From a virus: a stretch of DNA of 64,000 nt. Shown piece by piece: positions 10,283-20,879 of this stretch (within the stretch, counting starts at the first letter, position 1; the number at the start of each line of letters is the position of its first letter). The notes beneath the pieces were generated by a model, which was not told where the DNA came from, searched no databases, and saw only the letters and a list, made by a program, of their open reading frames with translations. Where the stretch lies: IMG/VR virus record IMGVR_UViG_3300027804_000045, positions 86,744-150,743 of that record; one strand, given 5' to 3'. The translations under genes and the position numbers were made by a program.

Positions 10283-10915
10283 TTACGCCATCGCGCCTGT
10301 TTTTGGTTTAGCAGGGCGTGTGATGTTTGTCATTGGGCTCTTGTTGCCCTTTGATTTATCATCTAGGTATGGCTTGAATGGATCGAAACTGTCTGGAGTG
10401 CGCTTTGCATCATAAGGAATATCTTTGCCTTGGAAACCATCCTTGCTTTGTGCTTTGATGCTATCTAGATATGAATTACCATAATCTTTATTTGCTTTTT
10501 TAGCTGCATCGCCCGCATCTTCCATCTCTTCATGTGTCAATACAGGACTATGTTCCATCTGATTAGCATACTGTTCGCTTTCACTATTGATGCTGTCGTC
10601 ATATTTGCTATCAACTAAACGTACATAATTTACATTATAACCTAATAGTTGTGCCAACTGTTGCACCATTGGTTCTGTAGCAGGATAACGGAACTTGCAA
10701 CGTAGTAGTGTTACTGGTTCGTTGCTTAAGCCTGGAAAACCATAAGCATCTTTAGCGATAGGAAGTGTCTTAGGTGTGATTGGAGTTGCTGGATCAAACT
10801 TCTTTAGATTGTGAATGAACAAATCTATGAAATTTTTATCAATTTCTCCAGCAATTTTAATTGTTACATCATATAAATGTACACTTTCAGCAATGTATTG
10901 TTTTAGGCTTTTCAT
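10283..10915 (-). CDS. Hypothetical virion/head protein
   Basis: N-terminal MKSLKQYIAE propeptide-like motif; TAAATA at 10935-10940. Confidence 0.6.
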   Translation of the reverse strand: MKSLKQYIAESVHLYDVTIKIAGEIDKNFIDLFIHNLKKFDPATPITPKTLPIAKDAYGFPGLSNEPVTLLRCKFRYPATEPMVQQLAQLLGYNVNYVRLVDSKYDDSINSESEQYANQMEHSPVLTHEEMEDAGDAAKKANKDYGNSYLDSIKAQSKDGFQGKDIPYDAKRTPDSFDPFKPYLDDKSKGNKSPMTNITRPAKPKTGAMA

Positions 10916-10949
10916 ACGTATATCCTGTATCTAATATTTATCACTAATT

Positions 10950-11423
10950 TCAGTTTTTACTTATCAAGGACTTAAGTAATTCATTACGGTCAAGTACTTT
11001 CCCTTCACCTAACGGGGTAGCCTCGATCTTTTCTTCCTTACTTGCAAGTTTCTGATCAAGACCTGCTTTTTTAAGTTGTAACTCAATCATCTTTAATTTT
11101 TTCTGTACTTTTGCTGTTTTTGCTGTGATGGCATGTCCTAACATAGTACCTGCGACATTAAAGATTTCGCTACTGTAGCGACTATCGACCTGCATACCTA
11201 GATCCATCAAATCTTTATAACTGTTTTTAGCTAGGTCAGCAAGATCGTCCATCTCATGGTCCGCTACTTCTAACCCACGCACCTGAGGTAATGCGTTCTC
11301 AATCTTTTCTAGATTGTTAAGTGCTGTTTCTGTAACTTCTTGTGTTTCAGGGGGCAATTCTATGTCTTTGCTTTCTTCAGTACCACTTGCAAGTTCAAAC
11401 AACTCTTCTAACTTTTTGGTCAT
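10950..11423 (-). CDS. Probable terminase small subunit (gp16-like)
   Basis: Helical, 157 aa; LMDLGMQVDSRYSSEIFNVAGTML..A..AK...K pattern loosely resembles T4-like gp16; late promoter upstream. Confidence 0.45.
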   Translation of the reverse strand: MTKKLEELFELASGTEESKDIELPPETQEVTETALNNLEKIENALPQVRGLEVADHEMDDLADLAKNSYKDLMDLGMQVDSRYSSEIFNVAGTMLGHAITAKTAKVQKKLKMIELQLKKAGLDQKLASKEEKIEATPLGEGKVLDRNELLKSLISKN

Positions 11424-11435
11424 GAAGTATTTATT

Positions 11436-11873
11436 TTAACTTTTGCCCTTCTTATAGAAAAGATCGTCCTCTGTAATGACTCTGAATGTCAATCCTGCCT
11501 TCTTACAATAGGCAGTTGCTGCTGCCCATTTTGCATGGTTTACTGCTACAGCTGCTCTATCTCTAGCACTTGCTGTTCTACTTTCTATAAGGCTTTGCTT
11601 TTTGGGCTTTATTTCAACAAGTTCAGCCCTCTGTCTTCCATGCTTATCTTGATATTGCACAAAAAAATCCGGCACATAAATCGTGGATTTGCCGGTCAGT
11701 GGATTTCTATAGGGTATCTGTATAGATTCGCTGGCCCAAGATATCACGCTATCATGATTGTCACAAAACATCATAAATGTTAATTCCCAACCACTGCGAT
11801 ATCTAGGTACATGAGTGCCTATATACTTACCTTTGTTTTTGCACTGATATTTGCCTTGAGCAAAATTTGCCAT
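11436..11873 (-). CDS. Head completion protein (T4 gp4-like, TnsA-type nuclease fold)
   Basis: KYIG..YRSGWE..FM.FCD, WASE..IPY, YVPDFF and EIKP motifs; start taken at ATG 11871-11873. Confidence 0.85.
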   Translation of the reverse strand: MANFAQGKYQCKNKGKYIGTHVPRYRSGWELTFMMFCDNHDSVISWASESIQIPYRNPLTGKSTIYVPDFFVQYQDKHGRQRAELVEIKPKKQSLIESRTASARDRAAVAVNHAKWAAATAYCKKAGLTFRVITEDDLFYKKGKS

Positions 11874-11874
11874 A

Positions 11875-12237
11875 TTATAATACAACGTTTCTTGCTACTG
11901 CCTGATTAGGAGTAGGAACTACTGCTAATCCATATAAGCTAGTCTTTGATTTGAAACTGTTAAAGTAATAAGCCATTATTTGACTTAAATCAACTTTTGT
12001 TTTTGCTCTACCTTGTAATTCTTCAAGCAAAACCATAGCATCTATACCGTTCGCTTCTGCCATTCTAAAAAATACAGCAGTAAAATTTGCTGCTATTTGT
12101 TTTGTGTCACATACGCTATCAAAATAACTTTTAACGTAGTCATATTGATTTGTGGGAATAACTGTATTTTGTTTGTAAAAGGCATCAAAAATTTTTACTG
12201 TTTGTTCTTGTGTTTGTCTTTGTATATCGTACAACAT
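11875..12237 (-). CDS. Hypothetical protein
   Basis: 120-aa ORF coupled within the tail operon. Confidence 0.65.
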   Translation of the reverse strand: MLYDIQRQTQEQTVKIFDAFYKQNTVIPTNQYDYVKSYFDSVCDTKQIAANFTAVFFRMAEANGIDAMVLLEELQGRAKTKVDLSQIMAYYFNSFKSKTSLYGLAVVPTPNQAVARNVVL

Positions 12238-13475
12238 TAGATTGGTCCTCTTACTCTAGGTTGGCGCGGTGAAGTGGTAGAAGGTACTTGAGAACCTGCT
12301 GTTGGATCTCCTCCTACTACGCCCGGTTGTGAACCATTAGATATTGTAGGTGAACCTGCACCATTGTTTGTAGGTGTCTCTTGTTTTACAGGAGTTTGTG
12401 TTTGTTGATTACGTATTGTAGGTCCTACTTTTAACTGACCTAAGGCGCCTAATAGTAAATTTTCAGCTTCTTGTTTAAGCGCGGTTTTTGCATTATATGA
12501 TTTATAATTGTTATAAGTGGCACCTGCTATCTTTATGGCACCTAAAATATTTTTATCGCCTAATGCATTTACAAATCCACCTATACCGTCTACGAACCCA
12601 CCCTGACCTAATATCTTGCCATTAGCTCCGGGAACAGTGATAGGACTTAATTCTCTATCATAATTTGCTGCATCAGCAAAGTTACCTGTCTCGATATTAG
12701 GTAATGTTTCACCATTGAATGCACCTTCGTAATATTGCACTGTTTCGTATTCGATAGTCATACGATTTTGCATCACTCCGTTACCTTGATCGTAATCATA
12801 AGAATCGTGAGCAAAATTTGCAATCATTGGATTTATTAATTGATAAGCAATATATTGGTGTTGATTAAATCCATACACAGTTATATTATTAAAAAAAGGT
12901 TTTTTAGTATTTGCGCCGGATGCATTTGTGCTTATCTCGCCTACATATCCCCAGTCAAAACTACCTTGCGCATCATCACTATAAGTATTTCTTGTATTAA
13001 AATCTGCTTGTGTGCTTTGAGTTGTGTTACTACCTGGATTTTTTGATAGTTTAGCAGCATCTTTATAATAATATGTATAATATGCATACCACAACTTGTT
13101 TATAACGTTACTATTATCATCATGAAAAGTAATTTCTACTGGATCGTAATTGATCTTAGTCTGAACAATTCTTTTGCGATTATATTGATTTAGTGTATGT
13201 GTCGCAAAACGATAGCTAGGTAATCTTATATCTTTGACTAATAATCCATAATTACTAAAATTTGCTGTCATCGTTGAATCAAGAGCAGCTGGATTAATAT
13301 TAAAATATGTGTGAAAAAGAAACTTGAATTTAGGAGCAAGAGCATAACTGTCGCTTACGAAAGTTTTGCTAGCGTGAGTGAAGTCTCTTAAGTAGGCCCC
13401 GCTAGGAGCCCCCGGTGTTCCTAAGAAAGCACCGAGGGCATTTTGTAATTGCTCACCCCAATAACCTTTAGCCAT
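12237..13475 (-). CDS. Tail-tube-fold baseplate protein (gp19/gp48/gp54-like)
   Basis: LVKDIRLPSY...YNRK......YDPVEITFHDD tube-like motif; follows the tube gene. Confidence 0.65.
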   Translation of the reverse strand: MAKGYWGEQLQNALGAFLGTPGAPSGAYLRDFTHASKTFVSDSYALAPKFKFLFHTYFNINPAALDSTMTANFSNYGLLVKDIRLPSYRFATHTLNQYNRKRIVQTKINYDPVEITFHDDNSNVINKLWYAYYTYYYKDAAKLSKNPGSNTTQSTQADFNTRNTYSDDAQGSFDWGYVGEISTNASGANTKKPFFNNITVYGFNQHQYIAYQLINPMIANFAHDSYDYDQGNGVMQNRMTIEYETVQYYEGAFNGETLPNIETGNFADAANYDRELSPITVPGANGKILGQGGFVDGIGGFVNALGDKNILGAIKIAGATYNNYKSYNAKTALKQEAENLLLGALGQLKVGPTIRNQQTQTPVKQETPTNNGAGSPTISNGSQPGVVGGDPTAGSQVPSTTSPRQPRVRGPI

Positions 13476-13490
13476 TTAGGTTACCTGGTA

Positions 13491-14126
13491 TCAGGTTACT
13501 GTGCCGACTCCGCTAGCCAAACTACCTGATAGTAATCTGCCGATTGGTGCGCCTACGCCACTTGCTAGTGGTGTCTGCAATGCATTATCATAGCAAATTG
13601 TTAACTGAATAGTTACAGCATCACTTTGGCCATAGTTTAACTGTTGGTAGTTAGCTGTACGTAACCAGCAACCATATAGTTCCCAAGTTTCTAGTACTAC
13701 TGGTGCTGAAGTGCCGTTACCACCATCTAATATTTCAATATTAGTTTGGAACTTGTAATCTTGACCTGCTGCTGCTGAAGCCTGTTCCATGAAGTCTAAT
13801 TGCTTTTGTAACTGCTGGCCAACTGCCTTAGAAACTTCACCTGTAGCTTCATCACGAATCGTGCATGTGATGTCTGTCCACTGATGCTTACCAGCTAGTT
13901 TTACTGTGCTGTTGTAAACAGGTAGTGTTACCTGATCAAACTGTACAGTTGGTCTTGCTACGTCAACGATTTGTCTAGTAAGACTTAAACCTGCTAATGT
14001 GTCTACGCCAAAGTTTAGAAACTTAACTCTAAAGCGATATTGTAGTTTAGGCATTAATAAGCCTTGGTTACCAGAACCTCCGTCACTACCAGCAACTGAC
14101 ATTCTGTTTAATGATATTGCAGCCAT
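13491..14126 (-). CDS. Tail tube protein (gp19-like)
   Basis: KLQYRFRV, KLAGKHQWTDIT.TIRD and WELYGCW motifs; directly after the sheath gene. Confidence 0.85.
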   Translation of the reverse strand: MAAISLNRMSVAGSDGGSGNQGLLMPKLQYRFRVKFLNFGVDTLAGLSLTRQIVDVARPTVQFDQVTLPVYNSTVKLAGKHQWTDITCTIRDEATGEVSKAVGQQLQKQLDFMEQASAAAGQDYKFQTNIEILDGGNGTSAPVVLETWELYGCWLRTANYQQLNYGQSDAVTIQLTICYDNALQTPLASGVGAPIGRLLSGSLASGVGTVT

Positions 14127-14147
14127 TTTAGTATTTCTCCATAATTC

Positions 14148-14155
14148 TATTTATA
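14148..14155 (-). promoter_or_regulatory. T4-type late promoter
   Basis: Exact TATAAATA upstream of the tube gene. Confidence 0.75.
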
Positions 14156-14162
14156 ACTCTAA

Positions 14163-17100
14163 TTATCCCTGATTTCCAATCTCACCGGTGTTCAATATAC
14201 GTACTGGGATGTAGATGAATTCAGCAGCCTTCACTGGCTCAATTGCTACGTCGATCCACAACTCATTACGATCTATTCTTGCTGGTGTGTTGTTTGACTC
14301 ATCGCAAACAACCAAGTAATCATAGATACCTCTCTTCGCAATTAGATCAATCATCAATGATTCAACTACGCCAGAAATTTCTTGGCGTGTTGTTGTGTCA
14401 TTTGGTTCAAATACGAATGGTCTTGCTGCGATAGTCAATTGACGACGGATATAAGCAACGAGTCTTGCTACGTTAGTTCTATCCAATGCGCTCTGGCTAT
14501 TGAATGATGTCTTGTTACCATAGTTCAACAAGCCGTTACCAGTGAAGAACACTAGTGGGTTGATGAAGTTTTCATACAATGTATCACGAATACCCAGTCT
14601 TGTCTTAGTAGTGATAAACTCGCCAGTCGTGCTGTCAAGATAACCGATGCTTAACGCATTATCGATGATACCACGACGAACACCTGCTGCTGCGAACCAA
14701 GGATAAGCGATTGTATCGTTGCGCAAGAATGTGCGTAGCATCATGTGGCTTGCTGGAACCGCTACTTCGTTACCACTTAAGTCTGTTGCTAGACCACTTG
14801 GATAGAACAAGCCCATATAAGTATTGCGTGTCACTAATCCTGCTTCACCTGTGCTTGTCGCACCTGCTGCGTTAGTTGCCCATGCTTGAATTGCTGTTGC
14901 ACTTTCTGGTAGACGCATTGGAGTGTCACCTAAAATGTAGCAAGTCTCGCCGCGGGCACCGTTGACTTCAATCATATTTGGCTGACATTCAGGATAATTT
15001 GGTGTAGCCATTAGATTAAAGAAGTTATCTTCATCACGTATCGCTGTATTAGTTGCTAATACGCTGCGTAGTGATTCAACTACCATTGCACGTTGTGCCT
15101 TGCGACCCATGTAAGGACTGCCATTTGATTGTAATCCACTTACACTTACCCAAGTGCTGCGAATTGTTGGCAATGTTTCGTCTGGGAATGAAACAGCATT
15201 GAAGTAGTTGCTTCTATATTGTTTTACGTTATTACCGCTACGACGAGTATTGAACAACAAACATCCTACTGGATATAAATTTGCTGCTGGGGCATCCAAA
15301 TCAGTATTATTGCTTGTTAGCAATGATTTGATAGTTGGAATTGGATCGTTTGCTGGGTTGATAGTATCTTGATTGCTTGACCAACGAGCGTCAGCAAATA
15401 CGATACCAGTTGAACTTGTTTGATCGCTATTATCGATCAATACCCATTTATCTTCGCCGTCAACATTCTGCCAGCGGCTGATTACTGGATAATTTTCAAG
15501 TGCTTCAGCACTGGTATCTACCCACAAATCACCATATGCTAATGCTGTACCGTCTGATTGTGTAGTTGGTATACTTGCGCTTACAAGCGGACCGTTTGGA
15601 TCAGTTGTGTTTGTACCTGATGGTAGTGGGAAACCGCTACTATCAAAGTTTACGTTACGATAACCTTTCCAACCTGTTGAAGTTTTAACCATGACATCAA
15701 CTTCATCTGTCACACTATAATACCAATTAGTATTATTTGCTGGAGTTTCAGTTGGGGCACCTTCATTTGCTGTATAGCTGAATTCTACCCAATTACTTAG
15801 TTGAACTTCGTAATGATAATCAGGAACGTTTGGTTCGCCGCTTGAGAATACATAGCCAAGCACAGCGCCGCCGGCGCCTACATTATTAATTACGATTTCT
15901 AGATCGTTAGCTGATGTACCGCCCAAGTCAGTACCTGCAAAAGTTACTGTATCTCCTACAACATAACCAGTACCACCTGCGTTGATTGTACCCCCTAGAT
16001 ATTGGTCATTAACTGCGATAGCCACTGAGATTTGTAGCCCTGCACCTGCACCTGACGTGCTGCTTTGCGCGACATCAAAACTAGTGAATTCGATAAAGCC
16101 TGGTTTGCAACCATCTGTTGATCCAGCTACAAATCCTGCTTCAGCCATCAATCCATTTGAAGTACCTGTCGTATCGTCAATGTCGTTGATTCTAATTGAT
16201 CCACCCAATGTATGAGTGATTTGAATTGCACCGTCTGTAGTCACTTCAGCCGTTGTGTAAGGAACGCTTGCTAACTGCCAGGCTTCTACGAAATCTTCAG
16301 CAAAAGTATTATCTGCCAAAGTCATTGTATAAGGACCTGACCAAGCTGTGCTGTTTGGAGTAGTGATAAAGATTGATGCTGTATATGGACCTGCATCGAA
16401 ACTTGGGCTAGTGTTAGTGCCAGTCACTACAGTTGGGCCTGTTGCTAGACGCTTCCAGAAATATATTGGTCCTGGATGAGCTGGAGCAAAAGTAAAATTA
16501 TATGAATACTGTGCATAAATCGTGCCAGCTGGAATTGCTTGACCACCTGTCGCATCTAGCGCGTCGATAGCCGCTGCGTCTCCATCAGCCAAAGTGATAG
16601 TTTTTGCGATCCAGGCATCTACTGTACCGTCATACTCTGACATTACAGGATTGAAACCGTTACCTGCTGCGCCTATCTTTATCCATACAGAACCGCTAGG
16701 ACGTGGTTGTGATTGACCTGTCTGCCATAGTGGTTGTTGTGATGCTGTACCTAAGAAAAAGCTTGGTGAGAAATATGCACCTGCGGTAATACCTAGGTCA
16801 GTCAATACTGTACCAGTACCTGCAGCAATATCTACTCTTTTCTTTGTATAAATTAACAAACGTCCAGCTGAATTGACTCCTGCTGATAGATTTGACCAAC
16901 CCAAATCATTGATAGCACCAGCAACGCCTGTTACATTATTTGATCCAAGTCCAGGAACAGTGATTGTTGCTGTTTGTGGATTTAAGTTTTGATCAGTAAT
17001 TGTGACGTTAAAAGTTTGTCCTGCTGTTAATGCTGGATTTGAATTAGCACCAGTAATTGAAGGTACTGTATCATGCCATTCGTTACTGTCCAATGCTACC

Positions 17101-17738
17101 CATTCATTAAATGAATTCTTATAGAAAAATTGCTGAGCCGTTGTCGCTGTTGGGACCGCTGTAGTTTGCAATGCGATCACAGCGTATGATCCTACAGAAC
17201 CTAAATACCCTGCTGGAAGACCACCGACTACGTTATCTGCATCTGTTATAACTAAAGGATCTTGAAGTGTGAACTGACCTGTAGTTGCATTAAATTCATA
17301 GATACCCCAATTAGTCAAAGTTGTATCTAACCAATATGCGCCATCATCTGGAGCGCCTACTGGACGTCCTGTTTGACCTACTAAACTTGCCAAATCAATA
17401 TCGGCGCGTAGTGCATACACGCGATTTGTCACACCTAGTGCAGAATATGCAGCTAGTAATCCATATTCGTTTAATTCGTAACCTTGAATTGGAGCACCGT
17501 TTGTTGTTGTGTAAAAGAATGGGTTACCGTATAAAGATACTAGATCACGCTGACTAGTTACTAGATATAACTTTCCTGCATTCGCAGCTGTTGTACCTAA
17601 TGCTACGCCTGTATCTGTAGGGTTCGCTTTATTTGCCGCTGTTGCAAAGACAACCAACGGAACTGATCCTGTTTGGGCTGGAAGATATTGACTTTGGTCA
17701 ATGATTGTAACTTCTACGCCAGGTGATGTTAATGCCAT
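14163..17738 (-). CDS. Contractile tail sheath protein (gp18-like) with large insertions
   Basis: N-terminal ALTSPGVEVTIID; C-terminal PWFAAAG..RG, INP, NVARL, FEPND, CDESNNTP..IDRNEL, P.KAAEFI. Confidence 0.95.
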   Translation of the reverse strand: MALTSPGVEVTIIDQSQYLPAQTGSVPLVVFATAANKANPTDTGVALGTTAANAGKLYLVTSQRDLVSLYGNPFFYTTTNGAPIQGYELNEYGLLAAYSALGVTNRVYALRADIDLASLVGQTGRPVGAPDDGAYWLDTTLTNWGIYEFNATTGQFTLQDPLVITDADNVVGGLPAGYLGSVGSYAVIALQTTAVPTATTAQQFFYKNSFNEWVALDSNEWHDTVPSITGANSNPALTAGQTFNVTITDQNLNPQTATITVPGLGSNNVTGVAGAINDLGWSNLSAGVNSAGRLLIYTKKRVDIAAGTGTVLTDLGITAGAYFSPSFFLGTASQQPLWQTGQSQPRPSGSVWIKIGAAGNGFNPVMSEYDGTVDAWIAKTITLADGDAAAIDALDATGGQAIPAGTIYAQYSYNFTFAPAHPGPIYFWKRLATGPTVVTGTNTSPSFDAGPYTASIFITTPNSTAWSGPYTMTLADNTFAEDFVEAWQLASVPYTTAEVTTDGAIQITHTLGGSIRINDIDDTTGTSNGLMAEAGFVAGSTDGCKPGFIEFTSFDVAQSSTSGAGAGLQISVAIAVNDQYLGGTINAGGTGYVVGDTVTFAGTDLGGTSANDLEIVINNVGAGGAVLGYVFSSGEPNVPDYHYEVQLSNWVEFSYTANEGAPTETPANNTNWYYSVTDEVDVMVKTSTGWKGYRNVNFDSSGFPLPSGTNTTDPNGPLVSASIPTTQSDGTALAYGDLWVDTSAEALENYPVISRWQNVDGEDKWVLIDNSDQTSSTGIVFADARWSSNQDTINPANDPIPTIKSLLTSNNTDLDAPAANLYPVGCLLFNTRRSGNNVKQYRSNYFNAVSFPDETLPTIRSTWVSVSGLQSNGSPYMGRKAQRAMVVESLRSVLATNTAIRDEDNFFNLMATPNYPECQPNMIEVNGARGETCYILGDTPMRLPESATAIQAWATNAAGATSTGEAGLVTRNTYMGLFYPSGLATDLSGNEVAVPASHMMLRTFLRNDTIAYPWFAAAGVRRGIIDNALSIGYLDSTTGEFITTKTRLGIRDTLYENFINPLVFFTGNGLLNYGNKTSFNSQSALDRTNVARLVAYIRRQLTIAARPFVFEPNDTTTRQEISGVVESLMIDLIAKRGIYDYLVVCDESNNTPARIDRNELWIDVAIEPVKAAEFIYIPVRILNTGEIGNQG

Positions 17739-17793
17739 GTTCGTTTTTCCTATATGTTATATTTTGAGGGTAACAACCCTAAATGCTTAATAT

Positions 17794-17801
17794 TATTTAT
17801 A
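17794..17801 (-). promoter_or_regulatory. T4-type late promoter with a 5' leader hairpin
   Basis: TATAAATA followed by an AGGGT-TGTT-ACCCT hairpin before the sheath start. Confidence 0.75.
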
Positions 17802-17860
17802 ACAAATATGAAAAAAACGTCTATTAGCAAACCTTCGAAGGTTATTTACTAAATATCTTT

Positions 17861-18214
17861 ATGCCTATCACTAGACCAATGTGTAAAGAGTGTAACAAGC
17901 ATTATAGGGCTATAAACTATATACGTGAGGGGGTTACACATTATAGAAGTTTATGTGACCAATGCGGTAAAAAGAAACCCAAACTTAAGTCCAAACAGTT
18001 TTCTTGGGAAAAGTCAGGTTATAAAAAGAAAAACTATTGCGATATATGCGGATTTAAAAGCATATATCCTACACAAATGACTGTGTTCTATATAGACGGG
18101 GACTTAAAAAATAACAAATTATCTAACTTAAGAACTATATGTTTGAATTGCGTAGAAGTGGTTAAACGCAAAGAAGTGACTTGGAAGCGCGGTGACTTAC
18201 AAGTTGATTATTGA
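17861..18214 (+). CDS. Zn-binding HNH-like protein (catalytic His apparently absent)
   Basis: Four CxxC pairs; VFYIDGDLKNN..SNL..ICLNC. Confidence 0.65.
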   Translation: MPITRPMCKECNKHYRAINYIREGVTHYRSLCDQCGKKKPKLKSKQFSWEKSGYKKKNYCDICGFKSIYPTQMTVFYIDGDLKNNKLSNLRTICLNCVEVVKRKEVTWKRGDLQVDY

Positions 18215-18814
18215 GTCGACCTTACGATGTAATTCGTCTACTGTGCCGCTGTTATCAACATAGTAATCATAATTAAGACCAACACTGCTGTATTCACTAG
18301 CATGGATGTTATACTCCTCTAATATAGACTTAGCGTGTTTGTTACCGCGATTATATTGAAGTGCGGCATCATACCATTCGGGGTTGGGACCTCTATTGAC
18401 CCTAATAGTAATGCCCCCGGCGTTTTTGATGCTACGCAATTCATTAGGAAAACGACAGTCACTTATAACAATATTATCTTTAATCGTGCGTAGTTTATTC
18501 TCTACGCTAGCGATCCAAATATCATCATGAAACGCCCTGCGTCCTACTTCTGTACCCCATTGCTGCAATACGAAACGTGGCGTCAAATGTTGTATATTTA
18601 AACGTTCAGCCCACCAAGTATCAACCGTATCGCGCCACTCTCTGCTATAGTGAGTAGTACCTTCAAGTAATTCACGATCCCAATTGAAGATAGCAGCTAC
18701 TGCATCCTTGAGCGGACCAGCATAACTCATACGTTTAAAACCCTTAAACGTGATTAGATAATCGGCAATAGTATCTTTGCCGCTTCCAATAAAACCAGCA
18801 ATACCTACAATCAT
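18197..18814 (-). CDS. Deoxynucleoside monophosphate kinase (T4 gp1-like)
   Basis: GIAGFIGSGKDT P-loop, PR..LQ..GTE..R, ISDCRFPNE and HASE motifs. Confidence 0.9.
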   Translation of the reverse strand: MIVGIAGFIGSGKDTIADYLITFKGFKRMSYAGPLKDAVAAIFNWDRELLEGTTHYSREWRDTVDTWWAERLNIQHLTPRFVLQQWGTEVGRRAFHDDIWIASVENKLRTIKDNIVISDCRFPNELRSIKNAGGITIRVNRGPNPEWYDAALQYNRGNKHAKSILEEYNIHASEYSSVGLNYDYYVDNSGTVDELHRKVDSIINL

Positions 18815-18820
18815 GTATAC

Positions 18821-18849
18821 AGTATAATAAAATTTTAAGGGGATGTCAA
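18821..18849 (-). promoter_or_regulatory. Sigma70-like promoter giving a leaderless start
   Basis: TTGACA-17-TATACT-6 nt-ATG. Confidence 0.75.
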
Positions 18850-19631
18850 CCTTGAATCCAAGTTAATGGTTGACTGTAATCTTGATATCTGCGTAAATCT
18901 TCAAGCAATCTTTCTTGGTCTGCCTTGCCTTCTGCCTTCATGTTACCGCCATTGAGGGTAGTACCACCGCCCGGTCCAGCAATAGTTCCAAACTTCTCGC
19001 GGGCTTCACCGATAATAATTTTTAATTGTGCTAATATGAAATCAGCGATCCAAACACCTGCACCCGGATCTTGTAATAATTCTGTTTCTGGTCTGATCAT
19101 ATCAGCCCAGATCAATACACGCTCGCCGGTACCCTTAAAGTCACGCACAACACGCAATACTTTTGTTACAGGGTTGAATGTATATGTCACATAACCACCG
19201 AACATACGGGCTGCCAACTCGACATAGCCCGCATAGAAATCATATGTAGCCATGCCACCTGTATAGTTATAATTCAAGAGATAGGTGTTTAATATCGCGC
19301 TACTAAATGGATCAAATGATGTCGAACTTGGACCAGTTTCTAGACCTACTGTTCTACGAAAAATGGCGCGAACGTTGATGTACTCAGAGGGAAGAGTATA
19401 TGTATCAACATTCTTTATGATAGTCATCAACGTGTAACTTTCAATAGTAGCATTTTGAGCGCGTTGACGATAAATTTTAATAGCATAATCGTAAGCGGCT
19501 TCATAGTGCTGTGGGTCCAACTCTAAATCAATGATGTCACCACCTAAGCGTAATCTTAGGTTGTTAAACATCGTTTCTTTTAGTTGCTGTAAATTAGCGT
19601 TTGTTGGTACTGAAAGTGGGTCCGCTGACAT
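18846..19631 (-). CDS. Neck protein (gp13-like head-tail adaptor)
   Basis: LRLGGDIIDLEL, GEAREKF..I.GPGGGTTLNG; TATAAATA at 19654-19661. Confidence 0.85.
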   Translation of the reverse strand: MSADPLSVPTNANLQQLKETMFNNLRLRLGGDIIDLELDPQHYEAAYDYAIKIYRQRAQNATIESYTLMTIIKNVDTYTLPSEYINVRAIFRRTVGLETGPSSTSFDPFSSAILNTYLLNYNYTGGMATYDFYAGYVELAARMFGGYVTYTFNPVTKVLRVVRDFKGTGERVLIWADMIRPETELLQDPGAGVWIADFILAQLKIIIGEAREKFGTIAGPGGGTTLNGGNMKAEGKADQERLLEDLRRYQDYSQPLTWIQG

Positions 19632-19656
19632 GATTTATTTCCCGATACTATCTTAT

Positions 19657-20421
19657 TTATACGGGACTCTCGTAGAGGTCAGCTATGCTCTTTATGGGGC
19701 TAGGAACTAATTTTTGACTTAATAAGTAAGGAAGAACGAATTCGGTCGCTATCTTTATATGATTTTTTGTATCGTGATGACCTGCTGTCATTCCGTTAGA
19801 TATAGGTTTAAGATCATTGTGACTGACGAATTCTTCAACAAAAGAAGGCACTATATTAAAATTATCTACTAATTTTTGATATCCGTGCTTTTGTAGATGC
19901 TTTGTGATGTCAAGTGTCCATGCAAAAAATACTAAAGGTATTTTATATATTTTTGCTAAATTATCCATCGCTAGCATAGTAGATACTATCTTATGATCTA
20001 AATTATACTCACTTGTAATAACATTATCTTTAATAAACTGATCAAGATCATTATGAAATTTTTTTCCTACCATGCGCTGTAAATTTTGTATGTTTTCAGT
20101 ATGATTGAATGTATAAAAGTTAACTAATTTATGATTAAAGGGTCCTGTTAAATCTTCATAAGGAAAACTTTCATGTGATGACAGGTAATCTAATCCGACA
20201 GTAAATCGGTTAGAGTCTGTTAATTGCACTACCAAAAGATTTGGATTATAGCGATCCAACAATTCATGAATTTTTAAAGTGTTGATTTCATTTCCTGCAC
20301 CGGCACTATATGCCATATGTAGTTCAGCATCAATAATTTGTGACAATGGTACAGGCCAAGGAAGTCCTGCATAGTAACTGCTATGAGAGCAACCTATTGT
20401 CGCTAGCCGAAACTTACTCAT
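19657..20421 (-). CDS. Hypothetical protein, SGNH-hydrolase-like
   Basis: GCSH near the N-terminus, GAGN, C-terminal GHH. Confidence 0.45.
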   Translation of the reverse strand: MSKFRLATIGCSHSSYYAGLPWPVPLSQIIDAELHMAYSAGAGNEINTLKIHELLDRYNPNLLVVQLTDSNRFTVGLDYLSSHESFPYEDLTGPFNHKLVNFYTFNHTENIQNLQRMVGKKFHNDLDQFIKDNVITSEYNLDHKIVSTMLAMDNLAKIYKIPLVFFAWTLDITKHLQKHGYQKLVDNFNIVPSFVEEFVSHNDLKPISNGMTAGHHDTKNHIKIATEFVLPYLLSQKLVPSPIKSIADLYESPV

Positions 20422-20429
20422 AGTTGAAT

Positions 20430-20879
20430 TTAAAGATCGTTTGCTCTACGATTCTCGCTATGGTAAACGTCAAACTTGCCGCCCGGATAACGCGCTTCAA
20501 GTTTCTTTACGTTCTCTGCTATAACATCATTTGGATTGAGACCCAATGAGCGGCAAGCATTGATCCAATACCACATGATATCACCTAGTTCACGCTTCAT
20601 ATGAAAGTGTGCTTCTTCATTAAGGGGCTTGCCCTGAAACACGATCTTCTTTACGATTTCTTGAAACTCACCTGTCTCGCTACCAAGACCAATAGCACCA
20701 CAAAGCAATAATGGTACATTGATATCTGGACCATGAACATACTCACCGTTCGGACCATATGACTCATAATTAGCGTCGATGCGATCAAGACGATTCATAA
20801 ACTCAGTTAGGTCTTGACTAGGCTTGCTAGTGACTGCCTCTACGAAATCCTTATATTTGTTTAGATCAACTTGGCTCAT
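20430..20879 (-). CDS. mazG: MazG-like nucleotide pyrophosphohydrolase
   Basis: GL.SE.GEF.EIVKK, ELGDIMWY and N..KL..RYP motifs. Confidence 0.85.
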   Translation of the reverse strand: MSQVDLNKYKDFVEAVTSKPSQDLTEFMNRLDRIDANYESYGPNGEYVHGPDINVPLLLCGAIGLGSETGEFQEIVKKIVFQGKPLNEEAHFHMKRELGDIMWYWINACRSLGLNPNDVIAENVKKLEARYPGGKFDVYHSENRRANDL

